DNA of 63,837 bases, filler included, from Lama guanicoe (lineage: Eukaryota): NCBI GenBank assembly GCA_013239625.1. It is 212 parts of 212 records of this genome, joined end to end, with 100 filler letters (N's around TTAATTAATTAA, not from the genome) between each part and the next. Parts side by side here need not be neighbours in the genome. Positions count along the whole stretch, not along the records: positions 23,178 to 23,378 come from PNXV01031083.1; positions 23,479 to 23,679 come from PNXV01031084.1; positions 23,780 to 23,981 come from PNXV01031085.1; positions 24,082 to 24,283 come from PNXV01031086.1; positions 24,384 to 24,585 come from PNXV01031087.1; positions 24,686 to 24,887 come from PNXV01031088.1; positions 24,988 to 25,189 come from PNXV01031089.1; positions 25,290 to 25,491 come from PNXV01031090.1; 204 more parts are not named here. One strand, written 5' to 3'. Below the pieces are notes generated by a model. It ran no database searches and had not been told where the DNA came from. It saw only the letters and a program-made list of their open reading frames with translations. The translations under genes and the position numbers were made by a program. Shown here in pieces: positions 23,331-36,662 of this stretch. Within the stretch, counting starts at the first letter, position 1. The number at the start of each line of letters is the position of its first letter.

Positions 23331-26300
23331 GACTGATGGAGAGGGGTGACAGCACCAGCACAGAAAAACTACTGCTACNNNNNNNNNNNNNNNNNNNNNN
23401 NNNNNNNNNNNNNNNNNNNNNNTTAATTAATTAANNNNNNNNNNNNNNNNNNNNNNNNNNNNNNNNNNNNNNNNNNNNGGCTGCCTCCCGAGCACCTGTC
23501 CCCCTTCCCCACCCACTACCAAGGCTCATGGCTTGGCCAGCCCCCACTCATCTTCCCCCTCCCCTGCCCACCTTCCAACGAAGGCCAATTTTGCCAGATG
23601 AGTCTGTGATGGAGAATTAGGAGGAAAGGGGCAGGGCACCTCACTGGGGGTGAGGGGAGGCACTGCAAGCCTTCCCTGCNNNNNNNNNNNNNNNNNNNNN
23701 NNNNNNNNNNNNNNNNNNNNNNNTTAATTAATTAANNNNNNNNNNNNNNNNNNNNNNNNNNNNNNNNNNNNNNNNNNNNACAAAGTATGATATGAACAGC
23801 GTAAGTGGCTGACTGCCATGAGGACTTTTGTACTAAGTTAACTCATTACCATCATCAGCTGGCGTCAACTGGGGTTTTTCATTTAACAAAGGGCAATGGA
23901 CAGCAGAATTCTTGCAGCATTCATGGATATCATCATAATACTTCTAGAAAAGGAAAATCTAATTTCATTGTAAAATCACTTNNNNNNNNNNNNNNNNNNN
24001 NNNNNNNNNNNNNNNNNNNNNNNNNTTAATTAATTAANNNNNNNNNNNNNNNNNNNNNNNNNNNNNNNNNNNNNNNNNNNNGCACAAAAACAGCAGAGCC
24101 TGCTTCCAGAGATCAGGCACAGAAGCTACAGAGATCAGGCCCAGGACAGGTCTCCAACTCAAGACCAACTCAAGTGAGAGCAGCAGGGGTCACATCGGGT
24201 GATCAGAAGCCGAGAGGTGCAGCTGCGTCTCTGGGGGTTGGGCCTGCCCCACGGACACAAACCTTCAGATGCTGAGGGCCAGGNNNNNNNNNNNNNNNNN
24301 NNNNNNNNNNNNNNNNNNNNNNNNNNNTTAATTAATTAANNNNNNNNNNNNNNNNNNNNNNNNNNNNNNNNNNNNNNNNNNNNTGTGAGACAGGGTCTCT
24401 GGGCCCCCTGGGAAGGGGCACTGGGGGTGTGGTGGTGGCCAGTGTGCCTGAGCCTGGCTGGAGAGTCACGTCCAATCTCTGGTCTGGGGCTCTCCTTGGC
24501 TGCAATAACAGGACAACTTTCTGTAGTTAGAAACAGGGGTTTATTTCTCTCACATGAAAAGGGGTCCGGGACTGGGGGCCGCTGANNNNNNNNNNNNNNN
24601 NNNNNNNNNNNNNNNNNNNNNNNNNNNNNTTAATTAATTAANNNNNNNNNNNNNNNNNNNNNNNNNNNNNNNNNNNNNNNNNNNNTCCAGTCCACCCCCT
24701 TTCATTTGCACAGATGGATGGATCTCTCAGGTGACGTGGTAGGCTGCTTTTGTTTTGTTATGGATGTTCAACCATTTGTAAATCGAAGGGGGGAGAAAAA
24801 AAAAGGAGCAACTCATGCTACCATGATGTCACCCCAAAATCTCTTTTTATCAGAGTTGGTGTTTGAAGACCACACATGGGGTGTTCANNNNNNNNNNNNN
24901 NNNNNNNNNNNNNNNNNNNNNNNNNNNNNNNTTAATTAATTAANNNNNNNNNNNNNNNNNNNNNNNNNNNNNNNNNNNNNNNNNNNNTTTCTAAGATAAA
25001 ATACTAAAACATTGAATACTAAGTATAATATTACCTCAGCACTATTTTATCTGATAGAAAGGTAGCCACTCCAGCTTTCTTTTGCTTTCAAGAGACATTT
25101 AAAGTAATAATGAATAGGTATGTACTTATTACCATTTTGTTACTTGTTTACTGGTTGTTTTTGTAGTTCCTCTCTGTTCCTTTCTTCTTNNNNNNNNNNN
25201 NNNNNNNNNNNNNNNNNNNNNNNNNNNNNNNNNTTAATTAATTAANNNNNNNNNNNNNNNNNNNNNNNNNNNNNNNNNNNNNNNNNNNNGAATATGCTTA
25301 TAGCTATTTAAGATTTATTGGTTGATGAAGATGAGGGTGTTTTTTTTTTTGACACGAAGTCTTCAAATTCTATCTTTCATTTCAAAACTCAGGGCTACTA
25401 AACATTCGGGCACTTGAGTACCTTGGGCTTTGAGAATTCTGTTCTTCCCTTGGGTAGTGAGGCTAGCATTTTTGATGGTCATTATTTGGAGNNNNNNNNN
25501 NNNNNNNNNNNNNNNNNNNNNNNNNNNNNNNNNNNTTAATTAATTAANNNNNNNNNNNNNNNNNNNNNNNNNNNNNNNNNNNNNNNNNNNNAGCAGTAGA
25601 GAGAACACGAAACTCCTTCCGTGACGTTCAGGAAAGGAGAGCCTTCTCCTTCCCACTTAGGCTTTGGGTTGGCTCTCCAGCCTCACGTTTCGGCCTACTA
25701 ATGCCGGAGGGTCTGAGAGCCCAGGGGCCAGAGCTCTGTGAGGTGCTGCCATTTTCAAAGGTGCCAGGTGCACACAAAGGGCATCTCTGAAGTNNNNNNN
25801 NNNNNNNNNNNNNNNNNNNNNNNNNNNNNNNNNNNNNTTAATTAATTAANNNNNNNNNNNNNNNNNNNNNNNNNNNNNNNNNNNNNNNNNNNNTGTTTTC
25901 CATCAGGGCCTCATGGGTAGGGGCTGTCCGTGCTCCCCGGGCTCGCGGCGCCCCCTCCCCGAGCTGGGGGCAGGCGCCTCTCCCTGGGACTACGGCGACT
26001 ACACGGGGGCCCCAGCTGGGCCCAGACCGGTGGCGGCTGCGGCAGCCCCCGGATTTCCCCCCTTTAACTCGGGTGGCCCCAGGATATCAACAACANNNNN
26101 NNNNNNNNNNNNNNNNNNNNNNNNNNNNNNNNNNNNNNNTTAATTAATTAANNNNNNNNNNNNNNNNNNNNNNNNNNNNNNNNNNNNNNNNNNNNGGTTT
26201 GCCTGGGCCCCTGGCCGCTGACAGTCTGCCAGGCTGATGTGTGACGGGCCTCAGGGTCATGTGGTGTCAGTCTGACCTCTGGGGGAAGTAGACACGAGGG

Positions 26301-28006
26301 TGTTGGTCTGACCTCTAGGAGGGGCTGGAGAGTCAGGTCTGCTGGGCGGGCAGCATGTGATTGAGCCCCAGGAGGACCCTGTGCCCTGAGGCTCAGGNNN
26401 NNNNNNNNNNNNNNNNNNNNNNNNNNNNNNNNNNNNNNNNNTTAATTAATTAANNNNNNNNNNNNNNNNNNNNNNNNNNNNNNNNNNNNNNNNNNNNAGA
26501 GTCCTGCCCACTGGGAGGAGCCCCCACACCATCCTTCAGGGATGTCGCAGACAGGACGACAGGGCACCCACTCTCCACTGTCAGGAGGTGCCTGTGTACC
26601 TCTCAGAGCATCTGTGGTCCAGGTCTGCGTCCTCTTCTCCTCTGTTAGCTACTGTAGACAAATCCCCACTGGGTCACAGGTGAAGCTTAGGACAAAGGAN
26701 NNNNNNNNNNNNNNNNNNNNNNNNNNNNNNNNNNNNNNNNNNNTTAATTAATTAANNNNNNNNNNNNNNNNNNNNNNNNNNNNNNNNNNNNNNNNNNNNA
26801 GCTTGTTGGGAACACAAAGTTTCTCTTCAGTTGTAAACTCCACTCCATTCATATATATGGGTAAGTACCAGCTCCAAGTCTTTTACAGTGAAAACTGCAG
26901 GAACTTCAAAACGGAACTTGGAAACACACTGAGAAACCAGTGTGAATGTTTCGTGTGAAACCCGTTTCTTTGTGCTAGATGAAAGATCGTCTCTTCACAT
27001 NNNNNNNNNNNNNNNNNNNNNNNNNNNNNNNNNNNNNNNNNNNNTTAATTAATTAANNNNNNNNNNNNNNNNNNNNNNNNNNNNNNNNNNNNNNNNNNNN
27101 CCTGGGCTATGGTCATAAGTCATGCCTGGTTGGATAGACTATGGATTGGTGGTCCTGGGGCCGGCTGCCCCATCTTAACATCATCAGCCGGGGACCCGGT
27201 CCCTAGAAGGTATAGCAGGAGGCAGTTCTGTGACATTAGAACCTTTTCTTACGAAGTATGCTTCAGCAAAGTGCTCCAAATAAACCAGAAACTCTTCATC
27301 CANNNNNNNNNNNNNNNNNNNNNNNNNNNNNNNNNNNNNNNNNNNNTTAATTAATTAANNNNNNNNNNNNNNNNNNNNNNNNNNNNNNNNNNNNNNNNNN
27401 NNGTTCAACACAAAAGGACCAATCATCAAAATCCAGAGGGGTTTGCTTGCTATTATGCTGTTAGAGTGCTCACCAGGTACTTCCAAATGCTTCCCAGGGA
27501 CAGTGATTACGCATCTGGTGATGGTGACCTACTTGTGGCTGCCGAGCCTCCTGGTATGGTCTCTTCCACTAACTACGCACACGCTGGGAACTGGGAGCGA
27601 GTCTNNNNNNNNNNNNNNNNNNNNNNNNNNNNNNNNNNNNNNNNNNNNTTAATTAATTAANNNNNNNNNNNNNNNNNNNNNNNNNNNNNNNNNNNNNNNN
27701 NNNNTCTTCCTTCTTTCTAACCTCTGCCTAGTCTCCCTTCCATCCTAGATGTTCCCATCCATCAGTAACATCACCCCAAGCGATGTCTCAGCCACAGCTT
27801 GTCTGAGACGATCAGGGTAGATGCCCCTCACCCCCAGCCCAAGCCCACATCCATCCACCTTCCTGGCCCCAGCCTGCTCCTCCTGGAAGAGGTCACAGTT
27901 GAACTGNNNNNNNNNNNNNNNNNNNNNNNNNNNNNNNNNNNNNNNNNNNNTTAATTAATTAANNNNNNNNNNNNNNNNNNNNNNNNNNNNNNNNNNNNNN
28001 NNNNNN

Positions 28007-28208
28007 CAGACCCTGAAAATAGGATTTGAGTGTGAGTCATAGTCCCTCTCTCTTCTCAGAAGAGCTAGTCCTGGGCAGTGCTAGGAGGGGGCGGGGAAGG
28101 AGCCACGCCCGCCAGGAGGAGACGACTGAGGTTACCAATGGGCAGTGGAGGCTTCCTCGCCCCCGATCGCCCGGAGAGACTGTGGATCACACCTCGGCCT
28201 CCTGCGGA
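28007..28208. promoter_or_regulatory. Promoter-like fragment (GC box, CACGCCC/KLF site, CCAAT)
   Basis: GGGGGCGGGG, CCACGCCC and CCAAT clustered within about 60 bp, with retained CpGs. Confidence 0.4.
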
Positions 28209-28308
28209 NNNNNNNNNNNNNNNNNNNNNNNNNNNNNNNNNNNNNNNNNNNNTTAATTAATTAANNNNNNNNNNNNNNNNNNNNNNNNNNNNNNNNNNNN
28301 NNNNNNNN

Positions 28309-28400
28309 GCGAGTGGGGGGAGGGGAAGCGGGGGCGGCGCACATGCGCAGAAGGCCCAGAGCAACTGCCTAGTCCTGGGCAGGAAAGCGCGCGGTGGGTT
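28309..28400. promoter_or_regulatory. Promoter-like CpG-rich fragment with an NRF1-like site
   Basis: GGGGGCGG followed by GCGCACATGCGCA. Confidence 0.4.
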
Positions 28401-28610
28401 TCCCTAAAGCCCTCCAGCCAGCTCAGTTAGAGAGGGTCTGCAACTTCCAGCACACTGGGTAGAATTGCCAGGTTTAGCAAGTAATGCTCAAGCGGCGAGA
28501 CATACTTTTANNNNNNNNNNNNNNNNNNNNNNNNNNNNNNNNNNNNNNNNNNNNTTAATTAATTAANNNNNNNNNNNNNNNNNNNNNNNNNNNNNNNNNN
28601 NNNNNNNNNN

Positions 28611-28811
28611 GATAACCTAGAGGAGATGGACAAGTTTTTGGAAACATACTGTCCACCAAGACTGAATAAAGAAGAAACTGACCACTTAAACAAACAGATT
28701 ACTAGAAATGAAATAGAAATAGGAATTAAAAACCTCCCTATAAATAAAAGTCCAGGACTGGAAGGCTTCACTGGGGATTTCTACCAAACATACAAAGAAG
28801 AACTCATACCA
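28611..28811 (+). mobile_element. LINE-1 ORF2 fragment, frame open (relatively young)
   Basis: [36 protein letters not shown]...[22 protein letters not shown]; includes the KSPGxDGFT motif preceding the RT domain. Confidence 0.95.
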
Positions 28812-28912
28812 GNNNNNNNNNNNNNNNNNNNNNNNNNNNNNNNNNNNNNNNNNNNNTTAATTAATTAANNNNNNNNNNNNNNNNNNNNNNNNNNNNNNNN
28901 NNNNNNNNNNNN

Positions 28913-28995
28913 TACATGAGGTCCTGGGTTCAATCCCCAGTACCTCCTCTAAAAATAATTATGCAAATCAACCTAACTACCAACCCCCAAAAAAC
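28913..28995 (+). mobile_element. tRNA-Ala-derived SINE (Vic-1 type), 3' part
   Basis: GAGGTCCTGGGTTCAATCCCCAGTACCTCCTCTAAAAATAA...AACCTAACTACC. Confidence 0.8.
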
Positions 28996-30420
28996 CTCTA
29001 AATAATGGGAATTTTAAGAGTTATTTTGGTTTGTGTGTGCCACTATGTCCCTCTAAGAAGTTACCAGAACTAAAAATCATGGCGTAAAAGGAAAAACGAG
29101 TATTTTAACAAACNNNNNNNNNNNNNNNNNNNNNNNNNNNNNNNNNNNNNNNNNNNNTTAATTAATTAANNNNNNNNNNNNNNNNNNNNNNNNNNNNNNN
29201 NNNNNNNNNNNNNGCTCTCTTCAGTCACAGGTGTTCCCTGAATGGGGAAGTCTGAGAAATACATTCCCTGAGGCAGGGAGGCAGCCTCTGACACTGGGAA
29301 TGCCTGCAAACGCCCCTAGCATTTCCTGGCTCAGAGACATTAGGAAAAAACCCAGGGGAGACGATCTTAGGCATAACGTTAGAACCCACGCGCTGCCGAC
29401 CGTTGGTGGAACCTNNNNNNNNNNNNNNNNNNNNNNNNNNNNNNNNNNNNNNNNNNNNTTAATTAATTAANNNNNNNNNNNNNNNNNNNNNNNNNNNNNN
29501 NNNNNNNNNNNNNNCATACAGCCCGCCCAAGAACACTCGGAGAAGGACAGATTTATCTAACGGCAATCGGAGCCGCACTTACGCAGGACTTTTGTGGAGA
29601 GCCTTTAAAAGCAAGCTACTTGGGGCAGAGTATAGTGCAGTTTAACAGTTGCGAGAGAAAAATCCATAGACACACTGCTTCAGCTCCGATCCCATTTTCA
29701 CCAATTACCTATGCGTNNNNNNNNNNNNNNNNNNNNNNNNNNNNNNNNNNNNNNNNNNNNTTAATTAATTAANNNNNNNNNNNNNNNNNNNNNNNNNNNN
29801 NNNNNNNNNNNNNNNNAGCTTTGCCAGAAGCCCAAATCTTCAACATTAATCTACAAAGGCAATTCTGGTCCCCAAGGGAAAGCAAGTCTTTAGACGACGC
29901 TAAGGCCTCCAAAATCCTCTCCACGACCATCAACCAAACTGCCTGTAGGTCTGCAGCTACAGGCGGTTGCATGTCTGTTTTTAAAGCACCCTCCTCCTGC
30001 CCTTTTGTGCCACAATGTNNNNNNNNNNNNNNNNNNNNNNNNNNNNNNNNNNNNNNNNNNNNTTAATTAATTAANNNNNNNNNNNNNNNNNNNNNNNNNN
30101 NNNNNNNNNNNNNNNNNNTGACATACACAGGTTGCCCTCCAGACCAAACCATCCCTCCTGGCTGTCTGACACTGCTGCAGGAAGTAGTCCAAACTGGCAT
30201 ACAAGAGCCCAGGGACACCCAGGGACCCCGGGGTCATCAGGCACAGTGAGGGGAGCCAGCTTACTCCTGCATGAGTCACCCCCTATTTGTGGATATTTCC
30301 CACAAGTCACCGCAACACGTNNNNNNNNNNNNNNNNNNNNNNNNNNNNNNNNNNNNNNNNNNNNTTAATTAATTAANNNNNNNNNNNNNNNNNNNNNNNN
30401 NNNNNNNNNNNNNNNNNNNN

Positions 30421-30622
30421 GTTCCTGCATTTCCTCAGCACCTGATAGCAAACTCCGGGAAAAATATGTTCATCTGTGGTTCAGATCTACAGTGGTCTCA
30501 ACATCAGACCATTCAGGAGTTGCTGCCTTTTTATTCCAAGAAGTTAAACAATTGGTCTCCTACTGCCTCACAGCTATTAGCTATACTTGTACATTCTTTG
30601 GACAGGATAGAACAGGATGCTT
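30421..30622. repeat. Near-identical pair member (with 31327-31528)
   Basis: Same length and ends, 5 substitutions. Confidence 0.95.
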
Positions 30623-31326
30623 NNNNNNNNNNNNNNNNNNNNNNNNNNNNNNNNNNNNNNNNNNNNTTAATTAATTAANNNNNNNNNNNNNNNNNNNNNN
30701 NNNNNNNNNNNNNNNNNNNNNNGGTCTGCAGAGAGGGAGCCCCAGTCTGGGGCAGGCTGTGCTATGACCACCCTGGCTCTGAGATCCTCCCACTGGGCAG
30801 TCATGACTTGTTATAATTTAAGATACCTGAATGCCTTGACCCCCTTCCATGTTGGAGGGAGTCAGGGGAAGGGAGAGGGCAGTGGCTCAGGGGCTGTGGC
30901 CCTAGGAAGCAGCCTCCTAGCCTCNNNNNNNNNNNNNNNNNNNNNNNNNNNNNNNNNNNNNNNNNNNNTTAATTAATTAANNNNNNNNNNNNNNNNNNNN
31001 NNNNNNNNNNNNNNNNNNNNNNNNTGGGTGCCCGGTGACCTCGGGTCTAAGTTCTGTTGGGTTCGGTTGCCAGTTAAGGAAGGTCACTTCCTGGGATCCC
31101 CTTCCCCAAGCTTCCTCCTTCTGTTCAGCTCCCCAGGGGCCTCTCTGGACTGCTGACTGCTCACCTCCGAGCCCATTCCGTGTCCGCACACAGTGACGCC
31201 AACCCGGCCCCCCTGCCCAGGACCCTNNNNNNNNNNNNNNNNNNNNNNNNNNNNNNNNNNNNNNNNNNNNTTAATTAATTAANNNNNNNNNNNNNNNNNN
31301 NNNNNNNNNNNNNNNNNNNNNNNNNN

Positions 31327-31528
31327 GTTCCTGCATTTCCTCAGCACCTGATAGCAAACTCCGGGAAAAATATGTCCATCTGTGGTTCAGATCTACAGTG
31401 GTCTCAACATTAGACCATTCAGGAGTTGCTGCCTTTTTATTCTAAGAAGTTAAACAGTTGGTCTCCTACTGCCTCACAACTATTAGCTATACTTGTACAT
31501 TCTTTGGACAGGATAGAACAGGATGCTT
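31327..31528. repeat. Near-identical pair member (with 30421-30622)
   Basis: Same length and ends, 5 substitutions. Confidence 0.95.
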
Positions 31529-32534
31529 NNNNNNNNNNNNNNNNNNNNNNNNNNNNNNNNNNNNNNNNNNNNTTAATTAATTAANNNNNNNNNNNNNNNN
31601 NNNNNNNNNNNNNNNNNNNNNNNNNNNNAAATGAATGAATTAATCAGCTGTGGTCATGGCAGAGCATCTTCAAGCAACGTAATAAATGAACCTGAGCCCT
31701 AAGGTGGAACAGACCTTATAAATGTACAGTGGAGCTAAAGCAATTTGCCAAACAGCACACGTGACGTGGCTGTGGTGTTTGTATAAGTTTAAACACAATA
31801 ACATTACATATTTTATAGGTACACACAAGTNNNNNNNNNNNNNNNNNNNNNNNNNNNNNNNNNNNNNNNNNNNNTTAATTAATTAANNNNNNNNNNNNNN
31901 NNNNNNNNNNNNNNNNNNNNNNNNNNNNNNACAAACATATGACCCCAGAAAGTACACCTTAGTGAGATAATTGTAAAACTGCATAACTAGCCCTCATTTA
32001 CATAGCAATTTTAAATAACCAAAATTTACTTATTTATGTGTAATCCCCATCCTATGTCTTTGAAAGAAGGTGACGATTGTACCCATTTACAAATAAAGAA
32101 GCTGAATCTCAGTTAGCTGTGACTTATAAGTCNNNNNNNNNNNNNNNNNNNNNNNNNNNNNNNNNNNNNNNNNNNNTTAATTAATTAANNNNNNNNNNNN
32201 NNNNNNNNNNNNNNNNNNNNNNNNNNNNNNNNTGACTGCGGCGCTGTTTTCCAAGTTGTCAGGGTAAAGATGCAGTTCACAATAAAATTAATGTAACTCT
32301 AATTTAACATTTCCTTCATGATTCGCAAGGCTCTCCAGAACCTGTGCGCCTCTGTTACCAGCCTGCGGGGCAGCATCACTGTCCTCTACGGAGGAACAGA
32401 AGTGCCAGCGAACCGACGTTTCGCCTCCTGGATCNNNNNNNNNNNNNNNNNNNNNNNNNNNNNNNNNNNNNNNNNNNNTTAATTAATTAANNNNNNNNNN
32501 NNNNNNNNNNNNNNNNNNNNNNNNNNNNNNNNNN

Positions 32535-32680
32535 TCATCCAAATCAAGTCACATGTCCAAGCCCAGACTCAAGGAGTGGGGAAACAGACTCTGCCTCTTG
32601 ATGGAAGGAACTTCAAATTCACATGGAAGGGGTCTGCCTCCTGGGGTAGGAAAAAATGGCGGCCATTTTTGCAAACTACT
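32535..32680 (-). mobile_element. MLT1 (MaLR) LTR fragment
   Basis: AAGTCACATGTCCAAGCCCAGACTCAAGGAGTGGGGAAACAGACTCTGCCTCTTGATGGAAGGAAC...GGCCATTTTTGCAA. Confidence 0.7.
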
Positions 32681-35554
32681 GCAAACGCCTAGTGTGTGAG
32701 AAGCTTAACATTTGAAAAATAGATAAGGCATCGGCCNNNNNNNNNNNNNNNNNNNNNNNNNNNNNNNNNNNNNNNNNNNNTTAATTAATTAANNNNNNNN
32801 NNNNNNNNNNNNNNNNNNNNNNNNNNNNNNNNNNNNTCCTGCAGAAGACCATCTCTGATGCCCTCAACTTGGGTGAGGGAGTTCTTGGGAGCATAACTCC
32901 CTCCCTGAACTACACTGAATTACAACTAGCTATTGATGCATGTTTCCCGCTGGGACAAGGACTACTTTAAGGAGGGCTCATCTTTGTCCCCACAGCACTG
33001 GGTAGGAGTTAAATAAAAGATACATGAATAAATAAGGCNNNNNNNNNNNNNNNNNNNNNNNNNNNNNNNNNNNNNNNNNNNNTTAATTAATTAANNNNNN
33101 NNNNNNNNNNNNNNNNNNNNNNNNNNNNNNNNNNNNNNGGACTGCTGCCTCCTTCAGGGTGCCCCAAGAGGTAAAAGTCTTTCTCCCAATCTCTGCTACT
33201 CCCCTCCCATTTCCAGATAACTGCCTTCTCTCTGCTCCTCCTGTCCATGTGTCTCCCTCTACTTTTCCCCTCCTCCCCTCCTCCTCCCCTCTTCTCCCTC
33301 CCTTGGTTCCCCTTCTCTCTCAGGACCCAGAGCGGATCGCNNNNNNNNNNNNNNNNNNNNNNNNNNNNNNNNNNNNNNNNNNNNTTAATTAATTAANNNN
33401 NNNNNNNNNNNNNNNNNNNNNNNNNNNNNNNNNNNNNNNNTAGACCTCCAAGTCCTCCCAGATGAACATGGAGCCCATCCATATCCAGATGATATTAAAC
33501 ACAATTGCAAAGCTCTTCTGCTAAACTTTCCAGGATTGCTGAAAAAAGGCTCCAGGATACCCATATATATCTTTCATTTTGAAATGTTGCCTGAAAAAAA
33601 TGTCTTCTACAGTCTTAACTTTTCATAATCATCATTCACTTANNNNNNNNNNNNNNNNNNNNNNNNNNNNNNNNNNNNNNNNNNNNTTAATTAATTAANN
33701 NNNNNNNNNNNNNNNNNNNNNNNNNNNNNNNNNNNNNNNNNNTAGCAAAGGACTTCTTTTAAGAGACACAAAATGTGTTAACCATGAAAAACAAGTGAGT
33801 ACATTCAAAGAATATCACTTTATCAAATACCACCACTACCGGAGTGAAAACTCAAGCCACACACATGGAGAGGTGTGTGCATCAAATGCAGCACAGAAGA
33901 TACACAGATATAGTAAAATGGACACATGACATGAAGGGAGCATTNNNNNNNNNNNNNNNNNNNNNNNNNNNNNNNNNNNNNNNNNNNNTTAATTAATTAA
34001 NNNNNNNNNNNNNNNNNNNNNNNNNNNNNNNNNNNNNNNNNNNNCTTTTGTTGTTGTCGTTATTGTTGTTTTTGGTCCAGAGTTTATTTTTACATTCAAC
34101 CATGTATCTCTTACATGGATTCCTTATAGAAAGCTATTTGATGATTTTTTTAATACAAATTAATCATGCTGCTCAGTAAGAGAACCAAAACACTTTTACT
34201 GCCATGTTTTGCTAGAGCTTTTCTACTAACCTTGTATATATTTTCTNNNNNNNNNNNNNNNNNNNNNNNNNNNNNNNNNNNNNNNNNNNNTTAATTAATT
34301 AANNNNNNNNNNNNNNNNNNNNNNNNNNNNNNNNNNNNNNNNNNNNCTGTAGGCCCACTGGCTCCCATTAGCGGTGCATCTGAGATAACTAGAAGTGGTC
34401 TTTGGTCTAATTCTGAGCTATGCACGTTAGTAGGTTTGTGACTTTAGGCAATTCATTCAACTTTTTTGAGATTTGATCCCAAACTATAAATTGTGATTCA
34501 AAAATACTGCCTTCATGATAAAGCAAATACCCAAGACAGAGAAGGAACNNNNNNNNNNNNNNNNNNNNNNNNNNNNNNNNNNNNNNNNNNNNTTAATTAA
34601 TTAANNNNNNNNNNNNNNNNNNNNNNNNNNNNNNNNNNNNNNNNNNNNTGGTGTTTCATTATCAATTATTCAGAAAACTGTAACCTTGCCCATGATTGTT
34701 TGAGGCATAAAATAACCATTTGTATTATCAATATTGTAACCTTCTAAGTATAAATTAAGATTATGTTTTTGTTTTTCATGATCTGAAACTGCTGACCCGC
34801 GTCCCTCCACATACCACATACCCCTTACTCATTCCTATGATGTATTTCTCNNNNNNNNNNNNNNNNNNNNNNNNNNNNNNNNNNNNNNNNNNNNTTAATT
34901 AATTAANNNNNNNNNNNNNNNNNNNNNNNNNNNNNNNNNNNNNNNNNNNNGAGTGACAGAGAAACCAAGAGCTTGAACTAACATATCTTGGGCCACAACT
35001 TTCTAACTGGCATGGAGTGAGTTACAAGAATCATTTTGTACATAGCAAGGAGAATAAGAGACAACAGAAAACTTCCCAGTCCAGTGAACCAAAGGACACA
35101 GAGAACAATGAATGACAGTGCTCCTCCCAGAAAGCAAAATCAGGGTCAAATCNNNNNNNNNNNNNNNNNNNNNNNNNNNNNNNNNNNNNNNNNNNNTTAA
35201 TTAATTAANNNNNNNNNNNNNNNNNNNNNNNNNNNNNNNNNNNNNNNNNNNNCATGCCAATTGCTTCTGGGATTATGGGGAACTTTGTGGGCTCTGTTAG
35301 TATCAACAAAACAGGGATGGACACTGATTAAGACCACAAATCATCCAGTAGCAGAACGTGCAGAACTCAGTCTGAGCACCTCGCATTCTTCTGTTTTTGT
35401 TTTTCTTTTACTTTCATGAACAGTCATGCCAAAGGGATTCCTCTCCCTTCTTTTNNNNNNNNNNNNNNNNNNNNNNNNNNNNNNNNNNNNNNNNNNNNTT
35501 AATTAATTAANNNNNNNNNNNNNNNNNNNNNNNNNNNNNNNNNNNNNNNNNNNN

Positions 35555-35756
35555 GGTGGATAGAATAAGTAGGAAGAAAAGCAACAAAGAAGGGGAAGAC
35601 TTCACGAAAACTGTGAACCAACCAGATCTATCAAAACTCTTATCGAGAAGAGTGCACCCATCAACAGCTGAATGCTCCTTCTTCCCAAGCGCTCATGAAA
35701 TATTCTACAAGATACAGTATATCCTAGGACAAGACTCAAAAAATTTAAAAGCATTG
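35555..35756 (+). mobile_element. Degenerate LINE-1 ORF2 endonuclease-domain fragment
   Basis: DRISRKKSNKEGEDFTKTVNQPDL...HPSTAECSFFPSAHEIFYKIQYILG resembles L1 EN DRSSRQKINKE...HPTTAEYTFFSSAHGTFSKIDHILG. Confidence 0.88.
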
Positions 35757-36460
35757 NNNNNNNNNNNNNNNNNNNNNNNNNNNNNNNNNNNNNNNNNNNN
35801 TTAATTAATTAANNNNNNNNNNNNNNNNNNNNNNNNNNNNNNNNNNNNNNNNNNNNGGGTCCTGCCCTCCCTGAGCTGACAGTTTCATGACAAAGACCTT
35901 CACCATGTAAAGAACTTGGAGTTTCTTCTAAGAACAGTGGGTCTGAAATGAGTCCAAAAAGCGCAGAAGTGACACAATCCCATTTGTCTCAAGTAGGGGA
36001 GAGTGGCTCTGGGGCCACTTAGGAGACTCGTGAGTCCAGGTGGACAGTGTTGGTGGCTNNNNNNNNNNNNNNNNNNNNNNNNNNNNNNNNNNNNNNNNNN
36101 NNTTAATTAATTAANNNNNNNNNNNNNNNNNNNNNNNNNNNNNNNNNNNNNNNNNNNNACAAAGCCTCACATTTCCTATACAATTTATACTAAAAGAAAG
36201 TATGTAAAATGGGGACGGGGTTAATTTTCAGCTTATTACTTAATGGGGAACCTGCTTAGATTTGCCTTTTCCAGGAAGTCTTCATGGATTTTCAAGGCTA
36301 GATTAAGAGAGATACATGTGTGCTTTCAGAGTCTTTGTTTAGCAAGGTATTTGTTCTGTTNNNNNNNNNNNNNNNNNNNNNNNNNNNNNNNNNNNNNNNN
36401 NNNNTTAATTAATTAANNNNNNNNNNNNNNNNNNNNNNNNNNNNNNNNNNNNNNNNNNNN

Positions 36461-36662
36461 ACAATAGCCAAGATGTGGAAGCAACCTAAATGTCCACTGA
36501 CAGATGACTATATAAAGAAGTTGTGATGTATTTATACAATGAGATACTATGAAATAATGCTATTTGCAGGAACATGAATGGACCTAGACACGATCATACT
36601 AAATGAAGGAAGTCAGGCAGAGAAAGACAAGTATCACATGATATCACTTATATGTGGAATCT
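36461..36662 (+). mobile_element. LINE-1 ORF2 end / 3' UTR
   Basis: ACAATAGCCAAGATGTGGAAGCAACCTAAATGTCCA...ATGATATCACTTATATGTGGAATCT. Confidence 0.9.

Noticed and set aside
25894..26095. ZNF143/SBS-like GACTAC motifs in a CpG-rich fragment
   Set aside because: The match to ACTACAnnTCCCA is incomplete, too weak to call.
29817..30018. Fragment with long open frames on both strands
   Set aside because: No recognisable motif or splice signals; compatible with chance among 212 fragments.
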